A stretch of 64,000 bases of DNA from NCBI GenBank assembly GCA_045534265.1, contig JAZSJH010000005.1, positions 86,234-150,233 on the forward strand, read 5' to 3'. A model generated the notes under the pieces. The model was not told the DNA's origin. It saw only the letters and a list, made by a program, of their open reading frames with translations, and ran no database searches. The number at the start of each line of letters is the position of its first letter. Position 1 is the stretch's first letter. This document shows, one piece after another, positions 10,342-16,983 of this stretch. Origin of the DNA: Clostridia bacterium (GTDB lineage Bacteria; Bacillota; Clostridia; Christensenellales; UBA1242). The position numbers and the translations under genes were made by a program.

Positions 10342-10704
10342 ATGGGTTTTACATTTGATAACGATACACCGATATATTTGCAGATAATAGAACATATAAA
10401 AATGCAAATAATAAGTGGTAAATATAATATGGGAGACAAACTTCCGTCTGTGAGAGATTTTTCGGCGGATCTAGAGGTAAACCCAAACACCGTACAAAAA
10501 GCGCTTGGAGAACTAGAGGCGATAGGGCTTATATATACCGAAAGGACAAATGGTAAATTTGTGACCAAAGACAAAAAGAAAATAGAGAAGTTAAAGCAGC
10601 AAGCGATACAAGATAGAATTAACAAGTTTTTTGATTCTATGCAAAGAATAGGACTTACAAAGCAAGAGATAATTGCAGTTTTGCAAAATATGGATAAGGA
10701 GTAG
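10342..10704 (+). CDS. GntR-family (YtrA-like) transcriptional regulator
   Basis: Short GntR winged-helix protein (PIYLQI...LPSVRDFSADLEVNPNTVQKA). The ATG at 10342 follows GGAGAG. The track start at 10330 is a TTG. Confidence 0.8.
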   Translation: MGFTFDNDTPIYLQIIEHIKMQIISGKYNMGDKLPSVRDFSADLEVNPNTVQKALGELEAIGLIYTERTNGKFVTKDKKKIEKLKQQAIQDRINKFFDSMQRIGLTKQEIIAVLQNMDKE

Positions 10705-10707
10705 ACT

Positions 10708-11397
10708 ATGGATATATTGAGTGTAAAAAATATAAGTAAAAGTTTTGATGAAAAAAAGGTAATTGATGATATAAGCTTTAGCGTCAAAAAAGGAAGAATA
10801 GTAGGTCTTCTTGGAAAAAACGGCTGTGGCAAAACAACGATTCTTAAGATGATAAATGATTTGCTAACAATTGATAGTGGAGAAATTTTGGTTTGTGGAG
10901 AAAAGGTGTCTGAAAAGACAAAAGCTATGGTTTCATTTCTTCCAGAAAGACCTTATTTTGATACAAACCTTACAATAGAGCAAACTTTCAAGTTTTTTGA
11001 AGAGTTTTATGCAGATTTTGATAGAAACAAAGCCGAAAAATTGCTTAAAGATTTGGATTTGGATATAAAATCTTCGATTTCCAAAATGAGCAAAGGCATG
11101 AAAGAAAAGATGCAACTTATTTTGGTTATGTCAAGAAAAGCAAAGCTTTATATATTGGACGAACCGCTTGGCGGTGTTGACCCATCAACAAGGGATTATA
11201 TAATGCAAACTATACTTTCTAACTTTGACAAAGATTCTAGTCTTATCATAACAACACATTTGATTGCTGATGTCGAAAAGATTCTTGACGAAGTAGTAAT
11301 CATTGACCAAGGAAAAGTGGTTTTGAAGGGCAATGCCGACAAACTAAGAGAACAAGAAAAGGCATCTATAAACGATATCTTTAGAAGGAGAGTGTAA
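10708..11397 (+). CDS. ABC transporter ATP-binding protein
   Basis: Walker A GKNGCGKTT, signature-like SKGMKEK, Walker B LYILDEP. Confidence 0.85.
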   Translation: MDILSVKNISKSFDEKKVIDDISFSVKKGRIVGLLGKNGCGKTTILKMINDLLTIDSGEILVCGEKVSEKTKAMVSFLPERPYFDTNLTIEQTFKFFEEFYADFDRNKAEKLLKDLDLDIKSSISKMSKGMKEKMQLILVMSRKAKLYILDEPLGGVDPSTRDYIMQTILSNFDKDSSLIITTHLIADVEKILDEVVIIDQGKVVLKGNADKLREQEKASINDIFRRRV

Positions 11398-11398
11398 T

Positions 11399-12184
11399 AT
11401 GCTGAAATATTTGATGAAATATGACCTTAAGAAAATGACAAAACTGCTTATATACCTTTATCCTATAACAATCGCTTTAGCTGGAATTACCAGACTTATC
11501 AATATAGGTAAAGATATACAAGTAATATCTATAATAGGCTCTGTGTTTGCAAGTTTAACATATACATTGATTGCAAATATTTTGGTCAATACAATAGTAG
11601 CTATTATATTGTCTTTTACTACAAGTTTTTACAAAGACCAAAGTTATCTTACTCATACCTTGCCGGTAAAAAAAGAGAAGTTGCTTCTTTCTATGTATTT
11701 GTCTGCATTGGTTGTGATATTTGCTAGTGTAACTATAAGCGTTGCTTCATTATTTATAGTTCTTTATACAAAAGAATTTGCGGCTGGATTTATGGCTTTA
11801 ATTAACCAAAGTGTTGTTGGACTTAATATGTCAGCTGGTGGATTTATTACGTTGCTAGCGTTTGTCATTTTTGCTCAAATTTGTGCTATGATGAGCTTTG
11901 GGTTTACTTCCATTGTCAAAGGCTATAGTTATAACAAAAAACGTGGACTAAAAGGTTTTGTTTGGTTTTTGTGCTTCTATTTTGGGTCTATGATGGCTAC
12001 TGTTTTGGTTGCTGTTATATCAACTGCTATCTCAGGAAACTTGAGTAACTTGTTTGCAACAACGCTTAATAGTACAACATTTATAACTATACTTGTTGTA
12101 GCTCTTGTTATGTATATACTTTACGCTATTTTGTTTTACTTTATTTGCCAATATGAGTTCAAAAAAGGTGTAAATGTAGATTAA
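11399..12184 (+). CDS. membrane component of the GntR-linked ABC system
   Basis: 261-aa multi-TM ORF starting 1 nt after the ATPase stop. Confidence 0.6.
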   Translation: MLKYLMKYDLKKMTKLLIYLYPITIALAGITRLINIGKDIQVISIIGSVFASLTYTLIANILVNTIVAIILSFTTSFYKDQSYLTHTLPVKKEKLLLSMYLSALVVIFASVTISVASLFIVLYTKEFAAGFMALINQSVVGLNMSAGGFITLLAFVIFAQICAMMSFGFTSIVKGYSYNKKRGLKGFVWFLCFYFGSMMATVLVAVISTAISGNLSNLFATTLNSTTFITILVVALVMYILYAILFYFICQYEFKKGVNVD

Positions 12185-12192
12185 TAGATAAT

Positions 12193-12226
12193 AAAAAAAG
12201 AAGTCAAAATTAAGACTTCTTTTTTG
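12193..12226. terminator. bidirectional terminator
   Basis: GAAGTC/GACTTC stem (12200-12205/12214-12219) with flanking A- and T-runs, between convergent genes. Confidence 0.55.
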
Positions 12227-12233
12227 TTGTTTT

Positions 12234-13175
12234 TTATAAATTTTCTTTGTACCAGCTAATTATACCTTGCAAAGAATTATCAAAGGTATATAGTGGCTTG
12301 TAGCCTAGCTCATTTTTTATTTTGTCATAGTTTATAGCGTACCTTCTGTCGTTGCTTTGGCGATTTGGTACAAGCTCTATTTTGCTATTTGTCTTGCCAT
12401 AATTTTCAAGCAAAGCCTGAGCTACTTCCATATTCGTTCTTTCGCCGTTGCTACCTATGTTATAAACTTGTCCAGCTTTTCCACTTTTGATTATTTTTGA
12501 TATGCCTTGGCAGTGGTCAAGTACGTGTATCCAATCTCTTGTGTTTTTGCCATCACCGTGAACTGCGATATTTTCGCCGTTTTTTAGATGTGAGATTGAT
12601 TTTGGAATAAACTTTTCTGTATGTTGATATATGCCGTAATTATTAGAACATCTAGAAATAGTAACGCCAAGACCAAATATATTGTGATAAGATAGGGCAA
12701 GAAGATCGGCTGCCATCTTGCTTATGCTATAAGGGCTAGTTGGTTTTAGTGGAGAGTTTTCGGTAAAAGCAGGGTCATTATCGCCAAGCTCACCATAAAC
12801 TTCGTCTGTAGATACTTGGTGGAATTTTGCAACCTTATGCTTTCTGCAAGCATCAAGCAAAACCCTAACACCTGTAATGTTGGTGTCGATAAAAATTTGC
12901 GGATTAGAAACGGAGTTGTCTACGTGAGATTCGGCGGCAAAGTTAACTACGATATCAAAACTTTTCTTTGCAAATAACTTATCAACAAGTTTTTCGTCAC
13001 AAATATTGCCATATACAAACTCAAAGTTTGGCTTGTCCAAAAGGTCGCCTAAGTATTCTTTTTTGCCAGCATAGGTGAGCGCATCAAGGCATACAAAGTT
13101 ATCTTCGTTATTGTAGATATAGTGGCAGAAATTAGCGCCGATAAAACCCGCTCCGCCTGTAATTAAAATATTCAT
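12234..13175 (-). CDS. rfbB: dTDP-glucose 4,6-dehydratase
   Basis: GGAGFIGANF Rossmann motif, SPYSISK (YxxxK), typical RfbB length. Confidence 0.85.
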   Translation of the reverse strand: MNILITGGAGFIGANFCHYIYNNEDNFVCLDALTYAGKKEYLGDLLDKPNFEFVYGNICDEKLVDKLFAKKSFDIVVNFAAESHVDNSVSNPQIFIDTNITGVRVLLDACRKHKVAKFHQVSTDEVYGELGDNDPAFTENSPLKPTSPYSISKMAADLLALSYHNIFGLGVTISRCSNNYGIYQHTEKFIPKSISHLKNGENIAVHGDGKNTRDWIHVLDHCQGISKIIKSGKAGQVYNIGSNGERTNMEVAQALLENYGKTNSKIELVPNRQSNDRRYAINYDKIKNELGYKPLYTFDNSLQGIISWYKENL

Positions 13176-13335
13176 ATTTTGCCTCTCAAAAATATGTTTT
13201 TTTATACGCTTTGATTATATCACAAATAAAATAAATGTTAAGTAAATAAGAGCTAGTTTTTAGCTCTTTTTTTGTGGAAAAGATAATTTTATAAAAGTTT
13301 TTTTTGAGCAAAAAAAATATAGTATGCCAAAACAT

Positions 13336-13365
13336 TTGACAAAAAGGCAGGGGGGGGGGTAAACT
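13336..13365 (+). promoter_or_regulatory. promoter TTGACA-18-TAAACT with a G10 tract in the spacer
   Basis: TTGACA 13336-13341. G10 at 13350-13359 abuts TAAACT at 13360-13365. Conserved with 29570-29601. Confidence 0.55.
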
Positions 13366-13430
13366 AGGTGTAAGGATAGGTGTGTCTTGTATAAGTCATA
13401 CCAATATTGTGGACAAAGGAGAAAATATAT

Positions 13431-14678
13431 ATGGCACTAGTTCCAGCAAAATGTACCCAATGTGGCGCTTCTATTGAAGTTGATAAAACTCAAGAAGCGG
13501 GCATTTGCCCATCTTGCGGTACAGCATTTATTACCGAAAAAGTAATAAAAAATTATAACACCTTTAATGTAGACAATTCCGTTAATATTTATCTTGGCGG
13601 AAAGGGTGATAGCAAAAAAGAAGAAAGAAATGACGCAATAAGAGGTCTTATTGTTTCGCTAGATTATACTGATAAGGTAGATAGTTATAAGAGAATTAAA
13701 AAAATATTAGACAAATATCCAGGCTCAGCCGAAGCTCACTATTCTTGCGCTTTAGCGATAGCTGAGCTTATGACAAGAGATATGACCAAAGACACATACT
13801 TTGGGGAAATGCCGGATTATGAGATGTACCTTGACGAGGTAGACGGCAAAGATGTTTATATCAAAATATCTTATCCGATAGGGCTTATCGACAAAGCAAA
13901 GAAACTAGCAAAAAATGAAAAAGAAAAACTAGAAGTACTTCAAGCAGAGCAAGAATTTTACCAAATAATTACTTGCAAACTACATAAGTTATACCTTGGC
14001 ACATCAAAAGCTGATGAATCAAAAAGCCCAGAAACTGCACAAAATATTGTAAAAGAAGCAAACGAAAGAATGGACGAAAATCCTAGCAAAAAAATAAAAT
14101 TTGACCCGTTTTTCTGGTTTTTGAATCCTTGTGGTAAGTATAGTTTTGAATTTATTAATCTATTTAATGATATTGCAATAATTTTAATTCCTTTCTTTAT
14201 CGTAGCTATGTGTATACCTGTAGCAAGAGAGTGGCTACTTGCTAGATGGTTTTTGTTTGGCATAATAGCACTTGTTTGTCTTTTTGGACTTTATATGTTC
14301 TTTAGTTGCCTAAAAGATGAGATTAGTCATTTAATGCTTCACAATTCAAAAGCTTTGAGAAATGCAGATGCTGAGTATGCAAAAGATTATAATAGCATAA
14401 TCGAAAATGTCGAATTTAGAGAAGATAAGTATTGGTATGCTTTGGTGCTTGGGGTTGAAGGCTCTGTTAAACTTTATGAAGTTTTGAGACGACTTGAAGA
14501 AGATATCAAGAAAAAGAAACTAAATGTCACTGATGTAGATTGGAAATTTGTTTATGAACAATCATATTGCATTATGGAAAATAGAGGCTTAAGTTGGCAT
14601 GATGAGAAAATACTAGATATTATCGAAGAAAACATTAAAAAATATAACTTAGAAAAAATCTTGCCTAAAAAGAAATAA
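13431..14678 (+). CDS. zinc-ribbon membrane protein, paralog A
   Basis: AAGGAG RBS then ATG at 13431 (track start 13407 is a TTG). N-terminal CxxC...CxxC ribbon (CTQCG...CPSCG), helical region, TM helices, C-terminal domain. Paralogous to 29666..30931. Confidence 0.7.
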   Translation: MALVPAKCTQCGASIEVDKTQEAGICPSCGTAFITEKVIKNYNTFNVDNSVNIYLGGKGDSKKEERNDAIRGLIVSLDYTDKVDSYKRIKKILDKYPGSAEAHYSCALAIAELMTRDMTKDTYFGEMPDYEMYLDEVDGKDVYIKISYPIGLIDKAKKLAKNEKEKLEVLQAEQEFYQIITCKLHKLYLGTSKADESKSPETAQNIVKEANERMDENPSKKIKFDPFFWFLNPCGKYSFEFINLFNDIAIILIPFFIVAMCIPVAREWLLARWFLFGIIALVCLFGLYMFFSCLKDEISHLMLHNSKALRNADAEYAKDYNSIIENVEFREDKYWYALVLGVEGSVKLYEVLRRLEEDIKKKKLNVTDVDWKFVYEQSYCIMENRGLSWHDEKILDIIEENIKKYNLEKILPKKK

Positions 14679-14691
14679 CAAATAATAAAAC

Positions 14692-14727
14692 AAAAAAACA
14701 CTCAAAATCTTTGAGTGTTTTTTTATA
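14692..14727 (+). terminator. intrinsic terminator
   Basis: ACACTCAAA/TTTGAGTGT stem (14698-14706/14710-14718) followed by a T-run. Confidence 0.65.
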
Positions 14728-14806
14728 TAATTAGTTTGTATGTGATATATGCTTTATTTTTTGCAGGCATTTAATGGCTTTTTTGGGGACTATGTTTGCT
14801 AAAAAA

Positions 14807-15361
14807 TTATTTTTTTGACATAGCGACTTTCATTAATTTTTGGATTCCGTCATAAGTTACATCTTTTGATGTTAGATTGTATTTTGCAACAAAAGAGTAG
14901 ATGTCGTCAACGGATACACTATCATTTGCTTTTGAGTCGATTTCTACTTCCATAAGGTCGCCTAAGTTTTTGACAGAGTCAAAGTCAAAATGGAAGTTGT
15001 CAAGATGATATGAAACTCTTTCTTTGTCGATTACCATTTGAATTTCAAAACCTAGAGCAAAAAGTATCTTTTCCATTTGGTCTTTTGATTCAATCTCTGT
15101 TTCGTATTCATCACAATAAATAGGTGTAGCTTCTCTGTGAATTTTTTTGTAGCAAAGCACGGATTTGCCGTTTTGTTCTCTAATTCTTAAACACTCCATA
15201 GTTTCGCCGTCTTTTTCAAATTCAGCAAAGTTTGGTATATAGTAAGTGTCTATTTGGTGAGATTGTTTGCCTTTTGTAGCTAATTTTTCAAGGTCGGCGA
15301 TAATCTTGGCTTTGGTGTCGTTATTTATCAAAAATTTTAGTTCGATTTCTTTGTCTTGCAT
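14807..15361 (-). CDS. CYTH-domain protein (class IV adenylate cyclase / triphosphate tunnel metalloenzyme family)
   Basis: N-terminal EIELKF (ExExK) motif and typical ~180-aa size. Confidence 0.75.
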   Translation of the reverse strand: MQDKEIELKFLINNDTKAKIIADLEKLATKGKQSHQIDTYYIPNFAEFEKDGETMECLRIREQNGKSVLCYKKIHREATPIYCDEYETEIESKDQMEKILFALGFEIQMVIDKERVSYHLDNFHFDFDSVKNLGDLMEVEIDSKANDSVSVDDIYSFVAKYNLTSKDVTYDGIQKLMKVAMSKK

Positions 15362-15381
15362 TGATTTTTTCTCCTAAATTT

Positions 15382-15411
15382 ATTATAGCATATGATTTGC
15401 GTTAGTTGCAA
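15382..15411 (-). promoter_or_regulatory. promoter of the CYTH gene (TTGCAA-18-TGcTATAAT)
   Basis: On the minus strand, TTGCAA at 15411-15406 and extended -10 TGCTATAAT ending at 15382. Confidence 0.5.
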
Positions 15412-15449
15412 TTTTTTTATAACATATGCCAGCAAAATATATTTATAGC

Positions 15450-15480
15450 AAAAAAAAGACAGGGATTAGATTTCCTTGTC
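15450..15480 (-). terminator. weak hairpin plus U8 overlapping the RT stop codon
   Basis: Minus-strand GACAAGG...CCCTGTC (one mismatch) followed by 8 U (plus-strand A-run 15450-15457). Confidence 0.4.
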
Positions 15481-16686
15481 CTTTTCGTATTCTTTGAACT
15501 TGTAATATTCATTTACTAGTGATTTGTAGCCAAGCTCTTTTAGTGTGTTGTATCTTACGTTATAGTTTTGTTTGCAGTGTCTGCCAGTGGACAAGAATCT
15601 TAGATATTGAATTAAGTAGTTATCAATAATTTTTAGTCCATTGCTTGTTGTTATCATAGGGAAAAACCACCTAGACCAAGTAAGTTCGTTGGCGTGGCTA
15701 TCTTCAAAGAATTTGCGGTTGAAAACCCTTAACATTACTTTGATAACCTTTTCGGTTGTTGCGGATTTTTTGATTTTCCAGCGGTATAGGGCGTGGGCTT
15801 TTCTTTTGATTTTGGCTTTTAGTTTCATTATTGTCACTTGTGACAAATCAATAGTTTTGTCGCAGTATTCAATACCAAGAAAATTCCAAGGGGTATGTGG
15901 CTCAAAGATACTTTCTTTGTCGGGGTTAACCACTAAATCTTTGTCTTTGATTACTTTGTTTATATATCTTCTATATTCTTCTAACTTTTCTTTGGTTTCG
16001 GCAAAGACAATCACGTCATCAGAATATCTTGCATATGGGATATTTTGGCTGTAAAAGTATAGGTCCAAATCTCTAAGGTATACATTAGCAAAAAAAGTCG
16101 ATAGAGAAGTGCCCGCCATAGCGCCACGTTTTTCTTTGATTATTTCGTCGTCAAATATAGCCTTATCTACGTGCAAAAACTTGTCAAAAAACCCTACAAG
16201 TTTTGGGTCGTCGTGCAAAAAGTCTTTTAAGATAGGCATAAGTTTGTCGATATTGATACTATTAAAGTAGTTTGAAATATCAAGCTTATAGCAATACATA
16301 TTTTCGATATTTTTTCGGTTAACTATTGTTTCAACGGCTCTTTTTACGCCAAATGATTTTCGGAAAGAAAAGCAATTGGCGCTCATTTTGTAGTCGTACT
16401 TGTATAGGCAGTATGAAATGATTTTGAGTACCATACTTTCGGCTTCTGGGAATTTGTATATGGTACGCTTTTTTGTGCTGCCGCTTTTGTTGATTAGTTT
16501 TTTGGTTGGCAAACTAAACTCAAAGTCATTACTTTTAAGTTTTGCTACTGTATCTTTGTACTTTTTACCTTCGATAAAATCTGTCAAAAATGCTTCATCT
16601 TTTTTTGTAAGATGGGCTTTTTCTTTTTTGTAGTTTAGGTATTCTTGCCAAATATTATCATCAGTTATTTTATCTAAAATACTCAT
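15466..16686 (-). CDS. reverse transcriptase, stand-alone (407 aa), unclassified retron/UG/DGR-like type
   Basis: RT motifs KLDISNYFNSI, GTSLSTFFANVYL, YARYSDDVIVF (YxDD box), NPDK, NFLG. The ATG at 16686 follows GGAGAA. The track extension to 16884 has no RBS and a non-protein-like sequence. Confidence 0.85.
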   Translation of the reverse strand: MSILDKITDDNIWQEYLNYKKEKAHLTKKDEAFLTDFIEGKKYKDTVAKLKSNDFEFSLPTKKLINKSGSTKKRTIYKFPEAESMVLKIISYCLYKYDYKMSANCFSFRKSFGVKRAVETIVNRKNIENMYCYKLDISNYFNSINIDKLMPILKDFLHDDPKLVGFFDKFLHVDKAIFDDEIIKEKRGAMAGTSLSTFFANVYLRDLDLYFYSQNIPYARYSDDVIVFAETKEKLEEYRRYINKVIKDKDLVVNPDKESIFEPHTPWNFLGIEYCDKTIDLSQVTIMKLKAKIKRKAHALYRWKIKKSATTEKVIKVMLRVFNRKFFEDSHANELTWSRWFFPMITTSNGLKIIDNYLIQYLRFLSTGRHCKQNYNVRYNTLKELGYKSLVNEYYKFKEYEKDKEI

Positions 16687-16703
16687 ATTTTCTCCATAAA
16701 AAA

Positions 16704-16713
16704 AGAAAGGAAA
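16704..16713 (-). repeat. 3' arm (TTTCCTTTCT on the transcript) of the long-range inverted repeat
   Basis: Perfect complement of 16827-16836. Abuts the RT Shine-Dalgarno. Confidence 0.7.
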
Positions 16714-16826
16714 ATGCTTTGAAATCACATTTATGTGATACAAGACTGAACATACAACTGTTACCTGCAAAACATATAATATGTTGTATGCTTCGCCCTT
16801 CGCAGGTGCAAAATTTACTTTTTGCC

Positions 16827-16836
16827 TTTCCTTTCT
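16827..16836 (-). repeat. 5' arm (AGAAAGGAAA on the transcript) of the long-range inverted repeat
   Basis: Perfect complement of 16704-16713. Begins about 1-2 nt after the predicted TSS. Confidence 0.7.
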
Positions 16837-16843
16837 AAATATT

Positions 16844-16872
16844 ATTTTAGCACTTTTTAGCATAAATGTCAA
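16844..16872 (-). promoter_or_regulatory. promoter TTGACA-17-TAAAAT for the leader and RT
   Basis: On the minus strand, TTGACA at 16872-16867, a 17-nt spacer, TAAAAT at 16849-16844. Confidence 0.55.
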
Positions 16873-16943
16873 ACTTATACACAAAAAACCGATTTTGGGT
16901 GGTTTTAGGGGTAAATATGTTATTGTGTTGTCAAATACAATAA

Positions 16944-16976
16944 AAAAAGCAACGCTATATAAAGCATTGCTTTTTG
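16944..16976 (-). terminator. intrinsic terminator of the 462-aa gene
   Basis: Minus-strand AGCAATGC-TTTATATA-GCGTTGCT followed by U7, directly after the stop at 16984. Confidence 0.65.
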
Positions 16977-16983
16977 TTGGTTA

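Larger units (their letters stand above)
16690..16838 (-). ncRNA. structured leader / candidate RT-associated ncRNA
   Basis: Lies between the predicted TSS (~16837) and the RT RBS. Closed by a 10-bp helix. Interleaved helices ACCTGC/GCAGGT and CATACAAC/GTTGTATG, hairpin ATCACA/TGTGAT, tandem GCGAAG repeat. Confidence 0.45.

Noticed and set aside
10215-10832. Long antisense or shadow ORFs in the track (e.g. 10215..10832, 19858..20388, 33712..34077, 57141..57554, 61709..62101, 8298..8648).
   Set aside because: Each overlaps a strongly supported gene on the opposite strand. They have low-complexity or hydrophobic junk composition and lack RBS context.
13249-13273. Good hairpin plus T-run (AGAGCTA/TAGCTCT) on the plus strand, with no plus-strand gene upstream. 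It lies between the rfbB start and the poly-G promoter.
   Set aside because: Unexplained. It may insulate the phase-variable promoter or end an unannotated short transcript, but I could not find a convincing promoter for such a transcript. Copy 2 has no equivalent.
14698-14718. Terminator hairpins at 14698-14718 and 34705-34726 share the sequence CACTCAAAATCT(T)TGAGTG.
   Set aside because: In a hairpin, one arm plus the loop fixes the other arm, so the independent match is only ~12 nt, within chance. There is no extended flanking similarity suggesting a repeat element.
16704-16836. Is the leader a DGR template repeat with a variable repeat elsewhere in the window?
   Set aside because: I looked by eye for a near-copy in nearby gene 3' ends. 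I found only a 10-nt match (AAGGGCGAAG at 41574-41583, inside the S8 peptidase gene) and a 9-nt match in the 3' end of the 462-aa gene. No Avd-like gene is present. A remote target outside the window cannot be excluded.
16687-16884. The ORF track extends the RT ORF upstream to a TTG at 16884 (472 aa).
   Set aside because: There is no RBS at 16884 or at the in-frame ATG at 16863. The extra 66 aa look non-protein-like (…VTVVCSVLYHINVISKHFPFFFYGEN). A good GGAGAA RBS precedes the ATG at 16686, and a consensus promoter lies inside the extension. I read the open frame as a property of the leader RNA, not as coding.
16908-16919. The 12-mer GGGGTAAATATG is shared between 16908-16919 and 18556-18567, flanking the 462-aa gene. 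It resembles the GGGGTAAACT of the poly-G promoters.
   Set aside because: Many exact 12-mer pairs are expected by chance in 64 kb. The flanks align only loosely. No consistent -35/-10 geometry could be built on either strand.
15466-16983. Is the RT part of a group II intron?
   Set aside because: I saw no maturase X or endonuclease domain and no domain V-like GC-rich hairpin. The ORF is framed by a normal promoter, RBS and terminator, not embedded in intron RNA. This needs a covariance-model scan to be definitive.
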